Virus record (IMG/VR): IMGVR_UViG_3300025000_000120 | Coordinates: 1 to 57,549 of that record | Reading direction: 5' to 3' (one strand) | Source of the DNA: a virus | Taxonomy: Duplodnaviria; Caudoviricetes | DNA: 57,549 nucleotides | Shown: in pieces, positions 36,204 to 42,911 of the stretch | Position numbering within the stretch: position 1 is the first letter of the stretch | How the letters are laid out: the number at the start of each line of letters is the position of its first letter | The notes under the pieces: model-generated | The model's input: the letters and a program-made list of their open reading frames with translations, nothing else | What the model was told of the DNA's origin: nothing | Database searches by the model: none | Position numbers and translations under genes: made by a program

Positions 36204-37191
36204 GTTTACGCACCTTCTCACTAGTAATTGGATTTATCAGATATACGTCTCCCATATTTTCTCTTATCCATTGAATTTTATCATCCGATGGTATTGGTCC
36301 ATATTTATCCTCGACGAGCTTAATAAGATTTATCAGATATACGTCTCCCATATTTTCTCTTATCCATTGAATTTTATCATCCGATGGTATTGGTCCATAT
36401 TTATCCTCGATGAGCTTAATAAGATTTATAGACATCCCTCCATATTTACGATTTGTTTCAATTTCACCCAACATGCTTTTTAAATTAGAAACATGTTTGT
36501 CGACACCATCTAACATTTTTAATGTTTTCTGATTAGACTCTTCTCCATTAAGGTTTTCTTCTCTCATCAATATGTCATTATTTTTCTTAATGATCCCCTT
36601 TCTTAAATCAAAATTAAATAGAGATCGTTCGGGCTTAGATCTTGATGGAATATCCTGTAATTCAGGATGCTTTTCTTCTATCCACATAGCACCAATAATA
36701 TTCCACGCAGCAGCAACAAGATGATCCTCGTCCGTCTGCCCATCAACACATTTTAATAGATGTCGAATTCCACTATCTATAAAACTACTAATCGGAAGAC
36801 CTTTTTCCCAATTTCTCGGGGCATATTTTACTGCGCCAGCCTCATAATGCTTCGAAAGACGTAATAATGCACATGCTGGATATGATGAATATTTTGGAAT
36901 ATCTATTGATTTTTTTTCTTCCATATACATGGCATCTATTAAATCACATGCGGCCGCGCAAAGATGATCATGATTTGTTTCGCCATCTAGATAAAACATC
37001 AATCGGATCAACGAATCATCCAACATAGAGCAAAACGATACATTATCGTTAAGTCTTCTGGCATTAGCCCGATATTGAGATATTCTCAATAGAGCCGCCG
37101 CCGGTAATAGATCACATCGACCCTTACCTTCACTCATATCACGTACGGCACCACTTTCAAATTCTCGTCTATCGCCACTGTCTTTTAACAT
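36196..37191 (-). CDS. dATP/dGTP diphosphohydrolase-like (DUF5664) protein with a duplicated C-terminal tail
   Basis: FESGAVRD...KGRCDLLP, GAVKY..RNWEKG, RHL, EDHL.AA.WN. Confidence 0.75.
   Translation of the reverse strand: MLKDSGDRREFESGAVRDMSEGKGRCDLLPAAALLRISQYRANARRLNDNVSFCSMLDDSLIRLMFYLDGETNHDHLCAAACDLIDAMYMEEKKSIDIPKYSSYPACALLRLSKHYEAGAVKYAPRNWEKGLPISSFIDSGIRHLLKCVDGQTDEDHLVAAAWNIIGAMWIEEKHPELQDIPSRSKPERSLFNFDLRKGIIKKNNDILMREENLNGEESNQKTLKMLDGVDKHVSNLKSMLGEIETNRKYGGMSINLIKLIEDKYGPIPSDDKIQWIRENMGDVYLINLIKLVEDKYGPIPSDDKIQWIRENMGDVYLINPITSEKVRKLD
36231..36429. repeat. 96-bp in-frame tandem duplication
   Basis: 36231-36326 and 36327-36422 differ at one base. Confidence 0.95.
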
Positions 37192-37211
37192 AGTATAAAC
37201 ATCTCTCTTTC

Positions 37212-37406
37212 TCAAACTACTTCACTGGAACGTAATCGTTGTAAGGTCATCCACGTAGCCACATAACCTTTTTGTGTTAGATTTTTCAAACCTTCGGTAA
37301 CGTCTAAATGCCACATAACCGCAACAACTTCCCTAGGCGCATTGGTTATCAAGACGTTATGCTCGTCATATATGAATGCCTTACACTTATCTAAATCTTC
37401 TTGCAT
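37212..37406 (-). CDS. Hypothetical protein (paralog of 35559-35795)
   Basis: High similarity over about 60 aa; AAAGGAG RBS. Confidence 0.7.
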   Translation of the reverse strand: MQEDLDKCKAFIYDEHNVLITNAPREVVAVMWHLDVTEGLKNLTQKGYVATWMTLQRLRSSEVV

Positions 37407-37679
37407 GGCAATATCTCCTTTCTTAAACTTAGAATATAAATTACTAATGTGGCATAGAACATAGCATCAGATACATTGTTCCCGTAAAACTGAAGTTAGT
37501 GTTGGTCGAATTTGTAACTTCTCTCCAAGTTCTCTTTTCGAAGAAATTCACATCTCACATTTTAGACCCTATCTTTTTATTAACGAGTTAACCCGATATA
37601 ACAACGATCATAGCCGCTACGCCCATCAAAACACCTGTAAAATATACTGGTTCCTTCTTTCAAAATATGGCTTAGTGAG

Positions 37680-37775
37680 AAAAAAGAAATAGCTGTACGT
37701 AGGTCCGGTTTGACTCTTAATCTTCATCTCCTACTGTTATCGCCAGGGACTTAATGCCCTATACTCGCTTATTCT
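37680..37775 (-). ncRNA. Cassette-borne structured RNA of about 95 nt
   Basis: Ends pair (AGAATAAGC/GCTATTTCT); stems AGGG/CCCT and GTAGG/CCTAC; U tract. Confidence 0.55.
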
Positions 37776-37818
37776 TTCATTATATAGTATGTAATTTTCG
37801 CGAGCAAAAAGAAAGAGT

Positions 37819-37980
37819 CTAAGCTCTCTCAGATTCAATTGCTTCTGTAACAACATTATCGCTCAGCGTAAGATAGACATAGTCCTTTGGATTAGGACCT
37901 TCTCTGAATATGGCGAACGTTTCATTGTTATCGGCATTTAAGTCTAAGAGTTCTTTAACTCTTTCTAAATTTATTTCATT
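37819..37980 (-). pseudogene. Start-less cassette ORF (53 open codons ending ERA-TAG in the terminator)
   Basis: Frame NEINLERVKELL...IESERA has no in-frame ATG/GTG/TTG. Confidence 0.4.
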
Positions 37981-38015
37981 ATAGAATATGTTACGTACGC
38001 GAGCAAAAAGAAAGC

Positions 38016-38207
38016 CTAAGCTTCCTCCTTATCAATAAGTTTATTAATAATATGGGCTTTTATATCATTCAGTTCTGTAGCACTTGGTATCGAATTTCCG
38101 TCCTCATCCAAAACTTCCATTTTAAAGTTTTCAATTTTAAATTGTTTTGCGTTCTCGATATTTACATCAATTAGTACCTCTGCTACTGCTACGATTTTTA
38201 CTTTCAT
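38016..38207 (-). CDS. Cassette-borne small acidic protein
   Basis: AAGGAGG RBS; ends EEA-TAG in the terminator. Confidence 0.75.
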   Translation of the reverse strand: MKVKIVAVAEVLIDVNIENAKQFKIENFKMEVLDEDGNSIPSATELNDIKAHIINKLIDKEEA

Positions 38208-38297
38208 GATAATCCTCCTTATTTTATAAATTTCTTTCATTATATGGAATGTAATTCACGCGAGGTCTCATGACAACCATCTACTACACAGAATGGG

Positions 38298-38372
38298 CTA
38301 GAAGGGAAGATGTGTACATGGATATTCTCCCGTACGTATCAGTCTACTATTTTCGACTAATATCATCTTCTA
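38298..38372 (-). ncRNA. Cassette-borne structured RNA
   Basis: GAAGATG/CATCTTC closing stem enclosing AGTC/GACT and GTAC..GGA/TCC..GTAC arms. Confidence 0.55.
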
Positions 38373-38409
38373 TTATAGAGTAGGTTACGTACGCGAGCAG
38401 AAAGAAAGC

Positions 38410-38616
38410 CTAAGCTTCCTCTACGTCTGATATAATTTTAGCGGCGATAATTGTTCCAATTATTAATCCTGCTGTAGCGCTTATAAACGCGCACGCAAAC
38501 CCCTTCCACCAACCTTCATCAAAGCACTTCTTTTTTAATTGTTGTACTTCAAATTCGTTTGTTGGAATAGTCTCACATTCCTCTGTTTGTAGGTGATGCA
38601 TTCTTATCATTTTCAT
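38410..38616 (-). CDS. Cassette-borne small protein with C-terminal TM helix
   Basis: AAAGGAG RBS; ends EEA-TAG. Confidence 0.75.
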   Translation of the reverse strand: MKMIRMHHLQTEECETIPTNEFEVQQLKKKCFDEGWWKGFACAFISATAGLIIGTIIAAKIISDVEEA

Positions 38617-38694
38617 AATATCAATCTCCTTTAAATTTATTTCATTATATAGCAGGTTATCCACGCGAGCAGAAAGAAAGCCTAAGCTTCCTTC

Positions 38695-38958
38695 TCACAT
38701 TAAGGTCTTAAATCCTTCGTAAATTATTTCTGTCATTTTTTGTTGAACTTTAAAATTCTGATAATCCTGTTCTCTACCTTGGCAGCATAATACGTACACC
38801 TTTGATACTAGTGATCCATCTGAATCTGAAACTACTTCCGACTCTCTCAAGTCGAGTACTTTAAATTCATTGGCTCTAAGTATCCTGGTTACACTTATTA
38901 CTGCCTTTTCTAACAACTGAGTTATCACTCTAAATTCAATTATTTTAGTCATAATCAT
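38695..38958 (-). CDS. Cassette-borne small protein
   Basis: AGGAGG RBS; own promoter and terminator. Confidence 0.75.
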   Translation of the reverse strand: MIMTKIIEFRVITQLLEKAVISVTRILRANEFKVLDLRESEVVSDSDGSLVSKVYVLCCQGREQDYQNFKVQQKMTEIIYEGFKTLM

Positions 38959-39020
38959 TCCTCCTATATTTTGCTTAATGTCATTATGGTGTATGCAAAT
39001 ATCGCGAGCAGAAAGAAAGC

Positions 39021-39254
39021 CTAAGCTTCCTCGATGTTTTCTGCTACTTCGTAGAATTTCCCATCGATTTCAATTATGCTTCCATCTTTTAAACCTTGTT
39101 TAATTTTCTTGTTGAATTTCACTTCGTTAATAACATTGCCAACTCCAACAGCAACATGCCCTATAGCACTAAATGCAATTCCAACTACTGCTGGCACTAC
39201 TACTAATACTACAAAACCCATTACTGCTAGGTCTACGATATCTTTATCTTTCAT
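39021..39254 (-). CDS. Cassette-borne small membrane protein
   Basis: Start at MKDKD; ends EEA-TAG. Confidence 0.75.
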   Translation of the reverse strand: MKDKDIVDLAVMGFVVLVVVPAVVGIAFSAIGHVAVGVGNVINEVKFNKKIKQGLKDGSIIEIDGKFYEVAENIEEA

Positions 39255-39327
39255 GATAATTCCTTCTTTCAAATTAAATTTATTTCATTATAGAATATGT
39301 TACGTACGCGAGCAAAAAGAAAGAAAC

Positions 39328-39456
39328 CTATTTGGCTTCTCCCCATGTCAATACCTTGGATGTTTCGTTAGCTATTACTATACTCGCCATTGCTACTACC
39401 ATTACTAAAGAAACTCCAGCGAGTCCTCCTAAAATAGTTTTTGCAATATTCTTCAT
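39328..39456 (-). CDS. Cassette-borne 42-aa TM peptide (not in ORF track)
   Basis: MKNIAKTILGGLAGVSLVMVVAMASIVIANETSKVLTWGEAK; stop in the terminator loop. Confidence 0.7.
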   Translation of the reverse strand: MKNIAKTILGGLAGVSLVMVVAMASIVIANETSKVLTWGEAK

Positions 39457-39577
39457 AATAAATTCCCTCTTTCAAGTTTATTTTCATTATATAGCACGTA
39501 ATTCACGCGAGCAAAAAAAGAAACCTAAGTTCCTTCATTATGCTATTTAGTGATTTGTAATATACTCGTTCATTGTA

Positions 39578-39712
39578 TTATTTCATATTTACTGCGTTGT
39601 TACGTCTGTGATTCACTACTACCGTTGCTATTATCGCAAAGGCTACAATCAATCCTGCTGTAATTCCTACAGTAGTCATGGTTAATGCTACTTGTTGAAC
39701 TTTAATATACAT
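39578..39712 (-). CDS. Cassette-borne 44-aa TM peptide (not in ORF track)
   Basis: MYIKVQQVALTMTTVGITAGLIVAFAIIATVVVNHRRNNAVNMK; AAGGAG RBS. Confidence 0.7.
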   Translation of the reverse strand: MYIKVQQVALTMTTVGITAGLIVAFAIIATVVVNHRRNNAVNMK

Positions 39713-39782
39713 ATTAATCGCTCCTTTTATTTACATAATTCTTCTATTATATAATGCATAATGGACGCGAGCAAAAAAAAAA

Positions 39783-39841
39783 ATAATGGCAATCCAATTA
39801 ACCCAGTTTTCACTGATGGGAATCGAACCCACTAACATTAT
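39783..39841 (-). ncRNA. Circularly permuted tRNA-elbow mimic, copy 2
   Basis: ATAATG TTA GTGGG TTCGATT CCCAT CAGT GAAA ACTG GGT TAATTGGATT GCC ATTAT then U11. Confidence 0.78.
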
Positions 39842-39911
39842 CTTTCATTATATAATGTGTAATTCACGCGAGGTATGATAACCACTATCTGTCACGCAGA
39901 ACGAGCAAAAA

Positions 39912-39987
39912 AAAGAAGCGACGGGTTCGAACCGCATTTCTCTGGTAGATATACCAGCGCTTTAACTTTTAAGCTAAATTTTCTTCT
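39912..39987 (-). tRNA. Degenerate tRNA-like RNA (6-nt anticodon loop, broken acceptor stem)
   Basis: TA GCTT AAAAGTTA AAGC G CTGGT ATATCT ACCAG AGAAAT GCGG TTCGAAC CCGT; ends GAAG/CTTC then U tract. Confidence 0.6.
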
Positions 39988-40028
39988 TTCATTATGTAGT
40001 ATGTAATACACGCGAGCAGAAAGAAAGC

Positions 40029-40190
40029 CTAAGCTTCCCTCCCGACAATGTCATGAATAATCGGTCTTTTGTTTTTAACATTCATTGTATCTATTATGTC
40101 GAATATCTTTTTGTTAGCATCTTTTCGTCCTTGCCAGTAACATGTACCAGCAATCGTCAAACCTACAATCAATAACCATAATGTTTTCAT
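40029..40190 (-). CDS. Cassette-borne 53-aa membrane peptide (not in ORF track)
   Basis: MKTLWLLIVGLTIAGTCYWQG...IVGREA; stop in the terminator; AAAGGAG RBS. Confidence 0.72.
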   Translation of the reverse strand: MKTLWLLIVGLTIAGTCYWQGRKDANKKIFDIIDTMNVKNKRPIIHDIVGREA

Positions 40191-40277
40191 AATGTTAATC
40201 TCCTTTCAAAATTATCATAACACTTTCATTATAGTATATGTTTTGGATGCGAATCGAGCAAAAAGAGAAGGCATGTT

Positions 40278-40571
40278 TTACACACGCCCCTTAATGATAA
40301 ACCCTAACGCTTTCGTAGTTATTACTCCAGCTTGTTCAAATCCCAATATCAGTGCTATGCCCAATAGATTACCTGCTATGATCAGAATCGTGTCTTTCTT
40401 TATTTTCTGTTCGCGTTTTATCGCGTCCATTTTATAAAGCTTTTCAAGATTATCGGTCATATTTTTGTATTCCGCTGAGTCTGGCTGATGTTGTTTCATA
40501 ATTTCCAAGACTGCTGCAATTTCTGCTTCAAGCGCCGTTTGTTTATTCTTTTTGGTGAATTTCTTAAACAT
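40278..40571 (-). CDS. Cassette-borne membrane protein
   Basis: Start at MFKKF; C-terminal GNLLGIALILGFE..GVITTKA. Confidence 0.75.
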   Translation of the reverse strand: MFKKFTKKNKQTALEAEIAAVLEIMKQHQPDSAEYKNMTDNLEKLYKMDAIKREQKIKKDTILIIAGNLLGIALILGFEQAGVITTKALGFIIKGRV

Positions 40572-40694
40572 TTGCGTTCTCTCCTTCAAGATTTTATTCT
40601 TTCATTATAGCGTGAGTTATTTCCGCGAAGGAATCATCAACAATGGATTTTCGTAAACCTTGGAATTTTTACCGTCAATTATAATGTCGGTACA

Positions 40695-41138
40695 TTATAG
40701 GCATACGCCATCCTTCGCTGTTTGAAGTAAGAAACCGAGAAGAAACCACACTTTGTTTTTGATTCGGTCCTTACAAATATCCGAGCCCAACTTCTCATTG
40801 TAGTTAGCAGGGTCAACGCAGGCCGAAGACTCTACAATTGTGAAGTTATTAGCAAGAGTGGCCGTCACAATGGTGATCTTATTTTGTTGAGTCACCACCT
40901 CATAGGCTACGATGAAACCCTCAACTAACTCCTGGGTAATTGTGTTATTATCCCCAACTTGCATATACGCTTTTTCAAAAACATCTTTTGGAGACCAACC
41001 ACTGTAATTATCAGGATAATCCACTTTATAACCTTCTTGACTAGCGCCACTGTACACTAGAGGCCGAACTTGTTTGTTATACTCAGCTACGGTCATTGGT
41101 TCAGCTTGAATCATCTTAAAACCGATGTATTTTTTCAT
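40695..41138 (-). CDS. N4 gp49/Sf6 gp66-family protein with an N-terminal YIGxK...WSPKxVFE domain
   Basis: L.NNFTIVESSACVDPANYN..LG..IC...I...VW.LLGFLL. Confidence 0.75.
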   Translation of the reverse strand: MKKYIGFKMIQAEPMTVAEYNKQVRPLVYSGASQEGYKVDYPDNYSGWSPKDVFEKAYMQVGDNNTITQELVEGFIVAYEVVTQQNKITIVTATLANNFTIVESSACVDPANYNEKLGSDICKDRIKNKVWFLLGFLLQTAKDGVCL

Positions 41139-41190
41139 TAGTCTTAATCCTCTCTTCTTTTAAATACCGTTTCATGCAAAATATAGCCAA

Positions 41191-41313
41191 ATCGTTTCTA
41201 AGGCCCCTGAGAGGCCTTCTAAGCCGTTTGACGTCCGTAGCCTATATATATGTATGCCCAGTAGCTTATAGTGGCGTACAGGGCAACGTCGAGGGCGGTT
41301 TTTTATGACTTTC
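41191..41313. repeat. Dispersed 123-bp non-coding element, copy 2
   Basis: Collinear with 6961-7083. Confidence 0.55.
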
Positions 41314-41328
41314 GAAATATAGGGTGTA

Positions 41329-41514
41329 TTAAGCCTCAGGTATACCCGCCATGCTTGTTAAGAGAGAATATATCCCCGCCACGAGAGCCACTGATCCGAC
41401 ATATTGCCAGTTAACCCCGTCCATAGCCACACCAATGGTGATCATACCGAGACCGGTTTGGGCAACGGTCTTAACCGCGCGAATGGCCGCTGCTTGTAAC
41501 CATTTTACTGTCAT
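41329..41514 (-). CDS. Holin (phage r1t type)
   Basis: WLQAAAIRAVKTVAQT...VNW...SLLTS.AG.PE; adjacent to the amidase. Confidence 0.85.
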   Translation of the reverse strand: MTVKWLQAAAIRAVKTVAQTGLGMITIGVAMDGVNWQYVGSVALVAGIYSLLTSMAGIPEA

Positions 41515-41607
41515 TAGTTTTCACCTCCTACTTCACATGTGCTCCGTGATTGAACATTAATATTAAGACTAGTGCAACCGCATATATAACTACGTACGTC
41601 ATAGTCG

Positions 41608-42333
41608 TTAATCCCGTCGTAACTTTAATGGAAATTGTTCGGCATAAAACCCTAATGCGTTTATCCCTTTTATTGCTTCCTGAACCTTTGACGTACGAAC
41701 CCAAACGACCACATTAACATCCGGGTCTGATATCCCCGTAGAGGTCACAGGAGGGCTTGTGACGGGGTTAACCGCTTCTGAGTAAGGAACGTTCACAGCT
41801 CGACTTAAACCCCTACAAATGGCACTAGCGACCGTCTGATCCCATTTTGAATCTTTCATCAACGCTTCTTCTTTGGGGTTGGATATAAAGCCACATTCCA
41901 CAAGTAAAGCCGGACCATTAGTCTCCCTCGTAACGTGCAGGTTGGCGGTCTTTACGCCACGATCAGTAAGACCAGTTGCGAGCACCATTTCCTTCTGAAC
42001 TTCTTTAGCAATCCTCTCAGCCCAACCACCTAAGCCTTGTACGTACGTAGTTATCCCATGCGCTGTCGGATCGTAAAATGAATCGGCATGTATGGATAAG
42101 AAGTATTGTGGGACCCAAGCGTTTGATATATCAGTAACATCGTCGAGATCTCCGTCCTGAATATCAAGCACTTGCCATCCGTTACGTCGCATATTAGTAA
42201 TGACCAGATCACCAATTTCTTGGTTTTGTGTGGACTCCTTAAGCCCAGTGGGTCCGATGGCTCCTGGATCGAATGTTCCGTCATCTTTTGGGCCATGGCC
42301 TTTGTTGACTGTTAATTTACCGGGAGCATTCAT
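41608..42333 (-). CDS. Endolysin, N-acetylmuramoyl-L-alanine amidase (Amidase_3)
   Basis: GHG...DPGA...E, FLSIHAD, DRGVK, ALLVECGFISN. Confidence 0.9.
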   Translation of the reverse strand: MNAPGKLTVNKGHGPKDDGTFDPGAIGPTGLKESTQNQEIGDLVITNMRRNGWQVLDIQDGDLDDVTDISNAWVPQYFLSIHADSFYDPTAHGITTYVQGLGGWAERIAKEVQKEMVLATGLTDRGVKTANLHVTRETNGPALLVECGFISNPKEEALMKDSKWDQTVASAICRGLSRAVNVPYSEAVNPVTSPPVTSTGISDPDVNVVVWVRTSKVQEAIKGINALGFYAEQFPLKLRRD

Positions 42334-42683
42334 ACGGATTCCTCCATTTCCAATTTTTGTGAGATTTCCACTAACTTCATATTAGCAATTTCTTGATTGT
42401 CAAATACTTTACGAAATAAACCGAATTGTTCAAGTCTACATGTACCACAATGTCTTTGATCGGTTTCAATCATTGACTTCAATGCGGAGTTTACTTCGGT
42501 GTTCCTCTCAATTACTTGTATTAATCGTCCTTCGCGGTCGAAATCCTGTTTCCTCTTTGTGCCGTCTATAGACGCTAGCGTTTTCATGACCGGTATTAAT
42601 GCTACTATGATTAATGCAACCACTACGAGGAGAGTTATAATCGTACTATCACTCTGTTTTGCTAAAGTGATGGCTGACTCCAT
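42330..42683 (-). CDS. Single-TM coiled-coil protein (holin-like)
   Basis: Start at MESAIT; RE..LI.VIE.NT; upstream of the endolysin. Confidence 0.6.
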   Translation of the reverse strand: MESAITLAKQSDSTIITLLVVVALIIVALIPVMKTLASIDGTKRKQDFDREGRLIQVIERNTEVNSALKSMIETDQRHCGTCRLEQFGLFRKVFDNQEIANMKLVEISQKLEMEESV

Positions 42684-42738
42684 TTTTACCTCTTTCTGGC
42701 TTCCGCCCCTTTCGTTGATACCTGTGGAAAACAACTTA

Positions 42739-42900
42739 CTATATGATTGAGAATAAGGTCCCTGGTGTTTGTGGTGTTTCTAGAATAGTAGCACACTCTG
42801 TCGCAGTGATAAACTTTGGAACACGCTCTTGAATATACTCAGCTGTGACTCGGGCCATCGTCCATTGTCCTGACAGATAATTATACATAGGACTCACCAC
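42739..42900 (-). CDS. XkdX-like small tail-associated protein (not in ORF track)
   Basis: AAGGAGG RBS; ...FITATECATILETPQ. Confidence 0.55.
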   Translation of the reverse strand: MVSPMYNYLSGQWTMARVTAEYIQERVPKFITATECATILETPQTPGTLFSII

Positions 42901-42911
42901 CGTCAACCTCC

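Larger units (their letters stand above)
37776..40628 (-). repeat. Promoter/terminator cassette array, cluster 2 (13 promoter copies)
   Basis: Copies at about 37776, 37975, 38236, 38368, 38641, 38980, 39284, 39483, 39742, 39844, 39988, 40225 and 40601, most preceded on the minus strand by a GAAGCTTAGGCTTTCTTT-type terminator. Confidence 0.92.

Noticed and set aside
34481-37191. Complete 2-aminoadenine (Z) genome pathway
   Set aside because: No purZ/adenylosuccinate-synthetase-like gene in the window
37776-40628. CRISPR array interpretation of the repeats
   Set aside because: Spacing is irregular (about 95-380 bp), repeats are degenerate and contain a -10 box and terminator, spacers hold ORFs or RNAs, and there is no cas operon; the nuclease at 3128 is a typical phage PD-(D/E)XK protein
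28839-40628. Integron cassette array
   Set aside because: No tyrosine recombinase in the window and no attC-like RYYYAAC/GTTRRRY boxes; each unit has its own promoter
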